From assembly GCA_963693365.1 (NCBI GenBank), contig CAVNZM010000011.1:7677937-7741936 (forward strand): DNA of 64,000 nucleotides. Direction: 5' to 3'. Below, piece by piece: positions 48,663 through 59,406 of this stretch. The stretch comes from Amoebidium appalachense (Eukaryota; Protista; Ichthyosporea). A program made the position numbers and the translations under genes. The stretch's first letter is position 1; every line of letters starts with the position of its first letter. Below the pieces are notes generated by a model that was given only the letters and a program-made list of their open reading frames with translations, was not told where the DNA came from and searched no databases.

Positions 48663-49958
48663 TTTGTCAGCACCGTGGCATAGTGGGTGCCGCTAGCTGA
48701 GAAAGTGTTTTTTTTTTTTTTTTGTGTTTTTTTGTTTTTTTTTTTTTTTTTTTTTTTTTGGAGAGTTCCGGAAGTGAGGGGCATGGCTGGGCTCCTGCTG
48801 GGTTGAATCTTCCCACGGCCGCCAAAACAAGAAAGCAATGTCTCAGATCAATGAATGGGCCATTCGCTAATGGCAGCTCATTAAAACCATATATGGTTTT
48901 CTTTTATCAGATAAGCTTTAAACGTAGCTTGATTCGAGAAATGTCATTACCCTATTTCTCTTATCTTCTATTTTGCACCACAACATATCTAAATCGTTAT
49001 CCAACAATTATTTTCGCCTTTCCGTTGAACAGTTCCTCATTAACCCGCCGCTTCTTTTTAGAAAAGGGCCCGTACAACTGCAGCAATTTTTTTTCGCCAT
49101 GGCTGAGCTCAATGCATGCGAGCACATGGCTGTGTGCCCGGTGCACCTGAGGCACCTCCTTCTTTCACATACACTATCACTGTTCCAGCGCAAACTAGGA
49201 GCCATAGACTGTGTGCTGGCCATGAACTTTTTGATCTCCTGTCTGTTTATGGGCTTTTGCAGCTGCTGCCACGTTGGCGTTCGACCTCAAGAGCACAAAT
49301 CAGAAAATTTGAGGATGGAATGTACCACCCACCGTGTGGCACAAATGTACGGAACGAAACGTTCGGTGTTTACATTTCCGGCCGCGGTCAGGCGCGGCCA
49401 GCACCGACCTCCCGGGACCCCGTGCTGAGGCTGCGGGGACAGGTGTGCACTCATCATCACTGCTCTGGTGGTGCAGTAGTGTGTTTGGGCACTTGCAGGC
49501 ATGGGGCTTACATCATGAGCTTGGATGTGTGGAGCTCCAGAGTAAACGCGCCGATGGGCATAAGACATCATGATATTGCATGAATATACTCGTGCACGGT
49601 TTAAACCTCTAGAGCTACAATAGAAATGTGGCAAATTCATGATGGGCACATACTGCATGCAAAGCGTGCCCCGCAAACTTTATACGGGCACACACACACA
49701 CACACACAAACACCGTAACGCACGCGCGCGCGCACACACACACACACACACATAAACATGCACACACACATGTACACGCACACACAAATACACAAACACA
49801 CACACACACACAAGCATGCACACAAGCACGCACACAAGAGCTAGCCTAGTGACACGGGCACACACGCGCGCGCACACACACATGCCGCACACACACACAC
49901 ACGCGCGCGCACATACACACAGTGCACTGGCACACACGCGCACGCACACACATGCATG

Positions 49959-50071
<113 letters not shown>

Positions 50072-50197
50072 GCACTCACCGTGACTGTGAATACACCAAC
50101 ACACACCGTGGCCGTGTGACATACACACGCACTGGCACACACGCACTCACATACATACACACACAGGAGAGACCCCCGGGCCCGTGTCTCATGCCCC

Positions 50198-50244
<47 letters not shown>

Positions 50245-51773
50245 ACAACACAACACACACGAGAAGGCCCAAGCAGAGGAGGCCACCAAGGAGGAAAAGC
50301 CCCGGGCAGAGCGAGAGGCCACACGGCTGTAGCAGCAGCTCGAGCAAGCGCAGCGGGTGCAGTCCCCCCCCCCCCCCCCCCTCCCCCCCTCCCCCGCCCC
50401 TTCCCTCTATTTTGTCAATTTTTCCTTCAAACGTAGATTTTCGATTAATATTAATGTTGGGTTGTTATTTGTATCCATTGTCAAATAAGCACGCTGACAT
50501 GCCATGAGGCTCTTGATTCTTGACAGGCTCTCACATGACCACCAGTGCCCCAAAAGTTTTTGCTTTCTCCAACCAATCCAAGGGCATGCGCTTCTAGAAA
50601 TTAAACGCATGCTGAGCTACCCAAAACAAGATGCAGTTGTACCTCTTCGTGCTGTTCCCTATGAATTTACTTTCAATGTTGAGCGAAAAACATTACAAGT
50701 AAAAAACGTATAAAAAAATGCAGTCAAGCCAATTCACGTACTCATAATTTGGGCAATCGTGAATCACCCGAATCGACCCCCATTTCGATCCGTGAGTAAG
50801 ATGTCTGTTGGAGCTTGGGCTATAAAAAGGCAATCTAACTGATTGGGGGTCATTTTTCGATCACTCTCACCTCGAAAATCCTTTCTTTTGTTCTTGAGCG
50901 TTACTAGTCATGTCAGACCCTAATCGTGAAGATTTGGAGTCGGGGCACACTGACCCCAAGTCTCCTCGTGGTACTGACCTTAAGGGGATCTAGGGGGTGA
51001 CGTCAACGCTCACATTAGCGGGTGATTTCATAGTAAGAGCATTGTGTGATCGCGATCCAATCGAACGCCGCGAATCCGACAGCCAGATTTTTCCCGCCCA
51101 TCCATATATGATCCAACCAATGGGGAGAGGCCTCTTTGTATAGCATAACATAGTATATATACAAACCCTAAATACAGATTGCTAACATCGTGTTACAATT
51201 GTGTGTAACAGTATGGCAGTGGTATCACCCTGTATAACACACCGTTACCAGCATGTCACACAGAATGATATCACAGTTTTACACGGTCTGGTAACCATAA
51301 TATATACAGTGTTACAAACGTGGTATCTTTAATGCATACATGATTGTACAACGTTGGTACACAATGACACCGTAATGGTACATATTGGTATAACTGTTTG
51401 ATATACCGGGGTAACCATTATATACCATTACGGTAACACCATCTTACCACGCCGGACACCGAACGGATACATTTGTTGACATTGTGTTGCCATAAATTTA
51501 ACTTTATTTTACAACGGTGACGCATTCGTACCAATATGCCAAATTCCCGTATACCACGGGATAACACAGGAGTCACCAATGCTATACAAAGAGCTATACT
51601 TCAGGTAACTAAAATCTACAATTCATGTACCAAAGGTGAACCCAGGTATACCACGAGAACGACACATGTTTGCCATTTATACATTACGGATAACATTAAA
51701 ACGACATTACGATACCATTGTATACGTTGACATGCCCGTTTGGTAACTCCATTTCTCTTCCCCCTTCCCGCAG

Positions 51774-52383
51774 TGTAAACATCTGTACACGCCGTACATG
51801 TTTACTATTACGAATATACTGTACATATCATAGTGATCACGTAGATATTGTGTACATATGATCAGATCAATATCACACGCGACAGCCGCGGGCTGCGGCT
51901 CACGACTGAGCCGCGGCGCCGGCAATATGCAGTGGCCGTGCAGTCAGTATGAACCAATAGAATTCGAGAACCGCTAGGATAGGAATGCAAGTCTCATCCA
52001 CTACGGAGGCGACATCTATAGCTAAACGAACGGAACCAATAAGGAAATCAGACCCAGTTGCATAAACCTAAACGGGCTTAAGTATTGACCAATCATTTGC
52101 CACAAAGTTATCCTTTTAGTTAGCTTCATGTTATTGGTGCACTGTGTGCACATAAAGACGACCGCACTCTTCTGACTGGTCAGAAGTCACGAAGGCATCA
52201 ATGCCACCCATCCAGATGATCCGGAACCTGGGGGATATATAAACAAGCCGTCCCAGTACGGGGGATCACTCTGAACGAGCACATTAAATAGTAACCTGGC
52301 CGCGTGTGCCTTACTACCCGTTCTCTGTCTTTATTCTGATTCAGTTGTTCTCTGCCTTATCCCAACTAGTTCAACTGTTTACA
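51774..52383 (+). repeat. 5' LTR
   Basis: Direct repeat of 59407-60016 with one difference noticed by eye (GGGGATATAT vs GGGGCTATAT); contains TATATAAAC near 52236. Confidence 0.97.
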
Positions 52384-52384
52384 T

Positions 52385-52398
52385 TGGCGACCGCGCAG
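52385..52398 (+). promoter_or_regulatory. Primer-binding site (tRNA 3'-end complement, probably tRNA-Arg)
   Basis: TGGCGACCGCGCAG starts 1 nt after the 5' LTR and is complementary to ...CGCGGTCGCCA. The tRNA identity is inferred from the GACCGCG/CGCGGTCG acceptor stem of eukaryotic tRNA-Arg. Confidence 0.75.
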
Positions 52399-52435
52399 TT
52401 CCAGAATCTCACATCTTTCAAGAATCTCTTCAACC

Positions 52436-54436
52436 ATGGCGGGCGAATTTGACGACTACCCTGTACTCTCGGACAATGAAAGCAAACTGACACGTGACAC
52501 CAAGAAGCCTACCGCAGTCAAACCGCCGCCCCCAACGCAGAAGAAAGCCAAGACTCCGGGGCAGGGCACGAAAACACTCCCCACCCCTCCCCCTACACAG
52601 CCTCGTGCTCCCCAGAAACCGAACACGATCACAAAACCCAACACACACACGAACACAAAGGCAACTACGAAGCCCACTGGCAACGAACAAACGAAGCCCA
52701 ACGAAAGCACGAAACCCAAAGACAAAACGAAGCGCAACGAACACACGAAAACCAACGAACATACGAACACCAACGAACACACGAACACCAACAAACACAC
52801 GAACGAACTTCAAGTAGCAACGAAGGAAAAAACGAAACAAGACCGGGACACTGCCACAGCTCTGGCAGAGGTGCGGGGCCGTGTTCTCTCCAAGTTCTAT
52901 CGTATTGAAACTCTGAGACGTGCCATTCAAACTGCAATCGATGCTGGGCGGCCTGTGATGGACCTCGAAGCTGATGTCGCGCAGATTTACAGTGAGATTT
53001 CGCAGATGGAAGACACCACACTGTCTAGAATGTTGTGCACGTCCGCGAAATGGTCTGAGTTGGAGCGGGAAGCACAGTTGGTGGCTGAGGCACGTGTGAA
53101 AAATACGACGGTGCCCACCACCCCCCGTCCTCCCCCACCCACCACAGGCAAGAAGCCTTTGTCCCCGGTCCCATCTGGGTGCACTGATCCCAAGGTAATT
53201 GCACCTCCCGCACCCCCCACTAAATTTACATATAAGGATGTGCTTGCGCGCACACTCAGCTACACTGATTCTGATGCTGAAAATGAAGAAAAACACGAAC
53301 AAAGTTACGAAGACACACCCACAAACGAAAACGAACACATGACTGCGAAAGTGCATGAAGAAGATCACTTCGACCAGCCTAAAGCACCCGTATTTAACGA
53401 AATCCCCCTTGCAGGATCCCCTCTGGCGTCTGCAGGTGGACTGGCAGGCACGCCAAGTCGCCCGAGAGGCTCTGATGTCAGCACAGGCTCAGGAGGTAAG
53501 GCTGGGTCTATATTGAACAAGCACTTTGCAGAGCACGAAAAACTGTGGTTGCACCCTCTCCGCCAGTTGCATGCATCCGAATACGGCCCCATCTTGGCTG
53601 CATTGAAACTACCAGAATACAAGGGTGACTTGCAGGATAAATGCACGGTGATTGAATGGCTGCACGAATTTTCCCAGCAGATGTTTTGCATTGCAGGGGT
53701 CCCCCCCACACTTGCTGTTCGCTGGGCGGTGCAGTGCTTTCCTCTTGCTTCCCCCGCCCGTGTGTGGTACACGAATTTTACCAGGACACAGGGAGAACTC
53801 ACGTTTGATGCATTTGCACATGCACTAGTTACGAAATTTCACGACCAGCGTGTGCAAGAGGCACTCAGTGCCGAATTAAATGCACTCAAACAAGGCAAGC
53901 AAAAGGTGGCCGAATTTGCAAGCAGGCATGCGCGTTTGTGGGCACGTGTGTACCCCCTTAAGTCTGAGGCACACCAAATTTTGGATTTGTCTCACCGATT
54001 GGGTGGGGAAGACGAACAAGAATTTCGCAAATATCAACTCAGACAAACACGAAAAGAAGAAGAATTGACCCTGTCTGGAGTTGTTGCCTATCTCGCAGAA
54101 AAAGAAAGAGACAGGCACACACGAACCCCATCCACCATTCTAACACAGAAACCCCCCACAAAACAGCAACCCGGTGGTGGATCTGGTGCCAGCGAGAAGC
54201 CGTCTATTTTTTCGCGCATGGGCACCACCCCCTGCAACCGTGGGTGCAAGTACGGCAGCCACGCCGAAGGCAAGACGTGCCCGGCCCTCAAATTCGAATG
54301 CCACTCCTGCAAGCAGAAGGGGCACTTTGGGGGGTCACCAATTTGCCCCAAGTACGACCCCAACTTTAAGAAGGGAACCCGCAAGGCAGAGATTGAGGCT
54401 AATCGGGCCAAGTTCAAGAGAGCACGTGTAGAATAG
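52436..54436 (+). CDS. gag: Gag protein (666 aa)
   Basis: Retrotrans_gag-like core ARVWY...FDAFAHALVTKF...LKQGKQKVAEFASR; C-terminal Cys/His knuckles CNRGCKYGSHAEGKTC and CHSCKQKGHFGGSPIC. Confidence 0.9.
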   Translation: MAGEFDDYPVLSDNESKLTRDTKKPTAVKPPPPTQKKAKTPGQGTKTLPTPPPTQPRAPQKPNTITKPNTHTNTKATTKPTGNEQTKPNESTKPKDKTKRNEHTKTNEHTNTNEHTNTNKHTNELQVATKEKTKQDRDTATALAEVRGRVLSKFYRIETLRRAIQTAIDAGRPVMDLEADVAQIYSEISQMEDTTLSRMLCTSAKWSELEREAQLVAEARVKNTTVPTTPRPPPPTTGKKPLSPVPSGCTDPKVIAPPAPPTKFTYKDVLARTLSYTDSDAENEEKHEQSYEDTPTNENEHMTAKVHEEDHFDQPKAPVFNEIPLAGSPLASAGGLAGTPSRPRGSDVSTGSGGKAGSILNKHFAEHEKLWLHPLRQLHASEYGPILAALKLPEYKGDLQDKCTVIEWLHEFSQQMFCIAGVPPTLAVRWAVQCFPLASPARVWYTNFTRTQGELTFDAFAHALVTKFHDQRVQEALSAELNALKQGKQKVAEFASRHARLWARVYPLKSEAHQILDLSHRLGGEDEQEFRKYQLRQTRKEEELTLSGVVAYLAEKERDRHTRTPSTILTQKPPTKQQPGGGSGASEKPSIFSRMGTTPCNRGCKYGSHAEGKTCPALKFECHSCKQKGHFGGSPICPKYDPNFKKGTRKAEIEANRAKFKRARVE

Positions 54437-54494
54437 GAAGGCGGGCAAGGGACTGGTCTCTCCCCAGTAGAACATAATGTATTTGATTTAATAG

Positions 54495-57400
54495 CAGAGC
54501 TGGAACTGTGTTCCCCTCTGGCAGATAAATTGCAAAATAAATCTACTGGTGCGGAAATTTCTGTTGTCTCGGAGCCCTCCCACGAATCTGCATGTGCCCC
54601 ACCCCCCCCACGAACAGTTACCCCCGTGTACTGACCCCCCCATGCACACGCACACCCCGCCCCCGCGCAAAAAGAAAAATGTGCATTTTGCTGACCGTGT
54701 GCACTCCTCCATTGCAGAACCACGGCATGAAAATGCCACTGTGTGCACATTAACCCACGAAAATAAATGCACAGCCACACTTGCGCGAATGTATGTGCAT
54801 GGGAAGCTAGTCACAGTAGTTGTCGACTCTGGTGCTACTAGCCATAGCTGTATAAGCACAGCATTTTACGAATCTCTCCCTGTAGTGGCAAGAAAACGAA
54901 TTCAGCATGTTCCTAATTTTAGTGTACTGGATGCACAAAGTAACGAAATGACATGCCAAGGAAGTATATCTCTCACTCTCGCCATTCCCAACGAATCTGC
55001 TCTAGTGGTGCACAGATGGCATGTGATTGATAATCTACCATATGATGCCTTATTAGGTGTTGATTTCATGGGGCCACAACAGGGACGAATTGATTACGGT
55101 GCTGCAGAACTTTCGTTCATGTATGCTAAGGGAAATCGCAGGTGCAGTATTCCGGTGTGGTGGTTGCGTGGGAGTGCGGAGGAGACAGCTGTTTCTCGCG
55201 TATTAATTACCACCACAGGTATTCACCTCCCGGTAGATGCGTCAAATATCGCAACGTGTAAAATAAAACTCGCTGCCGGCGCACCACCACCACGAACTTT
55301 AGACTGTTGTATGGGCACAGTGGTTCCATGTGGTCCACTTAATTCACGGGCTTACACAACAGCATGCAGTGTCACCAGTTTAGCTCGAATTTCGAATAAC
55401 GAACCCCCCCTCTCCACTAGCGAAGAAAGTGTGATCGAGGACGAATACGAATGCAAGGTGTTGTTGACTAACACATCGGACCATCATGTGTACCTAGGCC
55501 CTGGTACGGAGGTGGCCATGTTTATTCCCTTGCAATCAGATGACACTGTTACTCTTTTAGCACGTCCACACTCCGGTAATGGAACCAGGAGGGCGACAAC
55601 CCCACACCCTGGCCATCCATTAGGTACCTCTGCTAAAACGAACTTTTCTTCGCAGGAATCAACCGAAGAACCCACCGAACACGAACCACACACTTTCCAG
55701 GCGGCTACTAATATTAACGGTAGTATTAAGGTGTGTGAACGGAGTAAAATTATGAATATGAGTACGAAAGAGAACACCACACAGCGCAGTTCCACGAAAA
55801 TGAATGGTTTTGGTAATCCAGCACGAACAAAACCAGAGGTAGGGCCACCTACTATCGAAGCAGCAGATGGGGCACCATCTACCACTGCACTGGAGGATAC
55901 GAATAATTTACGAAAGCGTACGCACGAATGTACCTCCGACGGGGAAGCCGCCACAGACGACGACTTGCCTTTTGGGGTCAAACCTCCAGAAGAATACGAC
56001 ATGCCTGGAACTCCCCCAGACCAACGGAAACCGTTGGCGAAACGGATACGAAAACTGCTTAAGAAATGGAAGCATGTGTTCTCTGCACACGACAACGACT
56101 TTGGTTTGAGTACCTTAGACGAACTGTCGATCGAAGTAACTACCACCATACCACAGTACCGCAGGCCCTATAACATCCCACATCACCTTCGCGATAGCCT
56201 ACACAAACAAATTCAAAATTGGGTAGAGTTTGGAGTGATTGAGCCTGCGTCCAGCCCTTACTCCGCTCCGATGGTGTTGGTGGCGAAAAAGGACGGGTCT
56301 TTAAGAGTCTGCATTGATTTTAGAATGCTGAACTTGATTACGAAGAAAGACGGTTACCCTTTACCACGAATTGACATGGCTCTGGGTATGCTCAGAGGTG
56401 CCCGCGTGTTTTCCGCACTTGATTTAAACGGTGGTTACCACCAAGTCAAAGTAGCCGATAACGACAAAGAAAAACTTGCATTTACCACCCCCTGGGGGCA
56501 GTATCAATTCGCACGCGCACCTTTTGGAGTAAGTAACATGCCTGCTGTCTTTTCAAGGATGATGAACCGTGTATTCGCTGGTATGCTGTGGACACATGTA
56601 CTCATATATCTCGATGATATATTAGTTATGTCACCCACTATCGAAGAACATTTTGGGCATTTAGATTCATGTTTTTCCCGGCTCTGTGATGCAGGATTAA
56701 AACTGAAAGGCAGAAAATGCTCTTTGTTCATGGAAGAAGTTGGCTATTTAGGCCATCGCGTATGCCCGGGTGGTATTAAGGTAGACCCAGAAAAAGTGGC
56801 AGCAATAAAGAATAAAAGCTACCCACAAAATTTATCTGAGCTACGAAGTGACCTCGGGTTATTTTCATATTATCGAATATTTGTGGACGATTTCAGCCAT
56901 ACGGCTGAACCACTCACGCGAATGCTGGGCACCTCGAAGGAGGATTCAGAATTACTAAAACGAATTCACGCAAAAATGCCCCCCTCTACGAAACCCGCCA
57001 AACGCAACGGCAGCGCAAAACAACGAAAAGACGAAGCAAAAAATTTGCACGCCGATTCTGCAGCTATTTTGGCCACGAAAAAGAAAGCACAGAAAAATGC
57101 TGCATGGGTGTGGGGTACGGAACAGGAGAAAGCATACGATACCCTTAAGAATGCGTTAATTAATGCACCTGTGCTTGCTCACCCCGATTTCACCAAACCT
57201 TTTATTGTTGACTCAGATGCTTCACAGTATGCTCTGGGCGCAGTGATTTCGCAGGTAGGTGATGACGGCAAAGAACGACCCATAGCTTATGCTAGCAGAA
57301 CACTCTCTAAGAGTGAACGAAATTATGCGGCGAATAAAAGGGAAGCCTTAGGTGTGTATTGGGCTGTGTGCAAAGCATTTCGCGCTTACACCTATGGGGC

Positions 57401-59342
57401 TCCTTTCTTGTTACGAACCGACCACTCCAGCTTGACGCGCATTCTGTCTACCGGCGATGCACCGGAACCTGTTGTTGCAGGCTGGCAAATGGCGCTTTCC
57501 GCATACACATACGAAATTCAGCACAGGGCGGGCAAACACCACAGCAATGCTGATGGACTCTCTCGGCCATCTAAAGAAAATGCGCAACCAGGACCCGAAG
57601 ATACTGAGCTGACATACCCCTCACTGATCGGCACAGTCTCGGGCTCGTCCACGGTGTTTGCGGTAACACGCTCCGCCGCAGCGACAGCGCAGGCACAAGC
57701 TGCCACCCACCCACCCCCAGCTGAACCCACGAAACCTAATACCACGCCGCCAGAATTTATTCCCCCAAAAGCGGATGGACGAATGCCCACCTATGAACAG
57801 TATGTGTCAGCACAGAAGGCTGATAAACACATTGCGAAAGTCAGGGCCTACCTGGAAAAAGCACCGGGCTACGAATTATTTGGCAACGAAATCGCGATGG
57901 AAGCTAGTCGCTGCACCATAGACAATGACCTTGTGTATGTGTGGGTCCTAGAACAGCGTGGCCCCCGCAAACCCAGCAAGGAACCACGAATTTGGGTGCC
58001 GTCTACGCTTGTGCGCCTCGTTTTGGCCGCATGTCACGACGCCCCAACCGCAGGTCACCTCGACGCAGCACGCACCTTCCACCGTGTTACCCAGATAGCA
58101 TGGTGGCCACGTGTATGGCAAGACTCGGTGCAGTGGGTAACCACATGCAAAGCCTGTCAATACCGGAAGACACCCCGAATGCAAAAGAAACTACGAATTC
58201 ACGATGGTTTTATCCCCACCTATCCCTTTCAATACGTGTCTATGGACATTACTGAGATGCCTACGAAATCTGATCTCAGAGTTTCCCTGTTGGTGTTTCT
58301 CGACCTCTTCACTCGCTGGCCGGAAGTGATTTTATTTCACAAAACACCCACAGCCGAAGATGTGGCAAAGGCATTCGAAGACTCCATCTACTGCCGTCAC
58401 GGTCGTCCGGAATTTTTAGTATCAGACAACGGCGCGAATTTGGCAGCTATGTTGGTCACAGATGTCTGTCGAGTGTTGGCTACAAAACGAATTTTTGCAA
58501 GTCCCTACAGCCCCCAGACCAATGGTGCCGTAGAGCGATTCAATCGCACACTTAAGAATATTCTTGCCACTCTCGTGCAGGATAAACACCACGAATGGAT
58601 TGACTACTTACCGCAAGTACTGTTTTCCTACCGCACCGCCTACCACTCTTCCTTGGGGGACACGCCATTCTTCATGCTTTATGGCAGAGATCCGGTCGAG
58701 CCCCCCCGCCCCCCAATTGCGGCTTCATGTGGGATGGAGACGGAGGAATACCGTCGAGAACTACTGCAACGAGTGCAGTATGCCCGGCAAACAGTCACAC
58801 GAATTATGTCTGAAGCTGCCCGTCGTAGTAAAATCACGGCTAACAAAAATGCTCGTGAACCCACAGAACTCGAGGGTCTGGTGTTGAAAGCAGTCACAGA
58901 CTCCACCACCGACCACAGTCTACCCACGGCACTCAGACCTAAATGGGAAGGTCCGTATCGCGTCCTGCGGCGCGTTACCGACGCCCCAATGTCTTACGAA
59001 ATTCAGCGGGTTGGGTCAACGGACACCGTTCGAGCACACGCACGTCACTTGAAGCCGTATTTTCCCCGTGACGACGTTGATATGACGCCAGCCGACTCTG
59101 GTCCGCAAGATTCACCCACCCCCACCTTCGAAGTGGCAAAAATTATTGCCCACAAGTACGACTCGGCAACTGCCCAAGCCCTTTACAAAGTTCGTTGGAA
59201 AGGGTACACGGCTAAGAACGACACCTGGGAACCTCACTCCGGCCTGCAAGACACAGCCGCAGGAGCACTCACAGACTACCTAGGTACTTTGGTGGCCGGC
59301 CCTGCCAGCCAGCCCGCACGAAAGAAGCGCCGACGTCGCTAA
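54495..59342 (+). CDS. pol: Pol polyprotein: protease, RT, RNase H, integrase, chromodomain
   Basis: VVDSGAT (PR); LRVCIDFR, LDLNGGYHQ, YLDD (RT); DSDAS, TDHSSL, NADGLSR (RNase H); HHCC zinc finger, SDNG, NGAVERFNRTLK, GPY (IN); FEVAKII...YKVRWKGY...DTWEP (chromodomain). Frame is open from 54495 and is +1 relative to gag. Confidence 0.96.
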   Translation, partial: QSWNCVPLWQINCKINLLVRKFLLSRSPPTNLHVPHPPHEQLPPCTDPPMHTHTPPPRKKKNVHFADRVHSSIAEPRHENATVCTLTHENKCTATLARMYVHGKLVTVVVDSGATSHSCISTAFYESLPVVARKRIQHVPNFSVLDAQSNEMTCQGSISLTLAIPNESALVVHRWHVIDNLPYDALLGVDFMGPQQGRIDYGAAELSFMYAKGNRRCSIPVWWLRGSAEETAVSRVLITTTGIHLPVDASNIATCKIKLAAGAPPPRTLDCCMGTVVPCGPLNSRAYTTACSVTSLARISNNEPPLSTSEESVIEDEYECKVLLTNTSDHHVYLGPGTEVAMFIPLQSDDTVTLLARPHSGNGTRRATTPHPGHPLGTSAKTNFSSQESTEEPTEHEPHTFQAATNINGSIKVCERSKIMNMSTKENTTQRSSTKMNGFGNPARTKPEVGPPTIEAADGAPSTTALEDTNNLRKRTHECTSDGEAATDDDLPFGVKPPEEYDMPGTPPDQRKPLAKRIRKLLKKWKHVFSAHDNDFGLSTLDELSIEVTTTIPQYRRPYNIPHHLRDSLHKQIQNWVEFGVIEPASSPYSAPMVLVAKKDGSLRVCIDFRMLNLITKKDGYPLPRIDMALGMLRGARVFSALDLNGGYHQVKVADNDKEKLAFTTPWGQYQFARAPFGVSNMPAVFSRMMNRVFAGMLWTHVLIYLDDILVMSPTIEEHFGHLDSCFSRLCDAGLKLKGRKCSLFMEEVGYLGHRVCPGGIKVDPEKVAAIKNKSYPQNLSELRSDLGLFSYYRIFVDDFSHTAEPLTRMLGTSKEDSELLKRIHAKMPPSTKPAKRNGSAKQRKDEAKNLHADSAAILATKKKAQKNAAWVWGTEQEKAYDTLKNALINAPVLAHPDFTKPFIVDSDASQYALGAVISQVGDDGKERPIAYASRTLSKSERNYAANKREALGVYWAVCKAFRAYTYGAPFLLRTDHSSLTRILSTGDAPEPVVAGWQMALSAYTYEIQHRAGKHHSNADGLSRPSKENAQPGPEDTELTYPSLIGTVSGSSTVFAVTRSAAATAQAQAATHPPPAEPTKPNTTPPEFIPPKADGRMPTYEQYVSAQKADKHIAKVRAYLEKAPGYELFGNEIAMEASRCTIDNDLVYVWVLEQRGPRKPSKEPRIWVPSTLVRLVLAACHDAPTAGHLDAARTFHRVTQIAWWPRVWQDSVQWVTTCKACQYRKTPRMQKKLRIHDGFIPTYPFQYVSMDITEMPTKSDLRVSLLVFLDLFTRWPEVILFHKTPTAEDVAKAFEDSIYCRHGRPEFLVSDNGANLAAMLVTDVCRVLATKRIFASPYSPQTNGAVERFNRTLKNILATLVQDKHHEWIDYLPQVLFSYRTAYHSSLGDTPFFMLYGRDPVEPPRPPIAASCGMETEEYRRELLQRVQYARQTVTRIMSEAARRSKITANKNAREPTELEGLVLKAVTDSTTDHSLPTALRPKWEGPYRVLRRVTDAPMSYEIQRVGSTDTVRAHARHLKPYFPRDDVDMTPADSGPQDSPTPTFEVAKIIAHKYDSATAQALYKVRWKGYTAKNDTWEPHSGLQDTAAGALTDYLGTLVAGPASQPARKKRRRR

Positions 59343-59393
59343 CTTCCCTCAGCCTGGTGGTTTACCGTCTCCAGACCATACCACCAGGCTCCC

Positions 59394-59406
59394 GAGAAGG
59401 GGGGAG
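59394..59406 (+). promoter_or_regulatory. Polypurine tract
   Basis: GAGAAGGGGGGAG immediately before the 3' LTR. Confidence 0.9.

Noticed and set aside
52430-56150. Antisense ORFs over gag and pol
   Set aside because: Shadows of the sense-strand coding sequence; no recognisable motifs.
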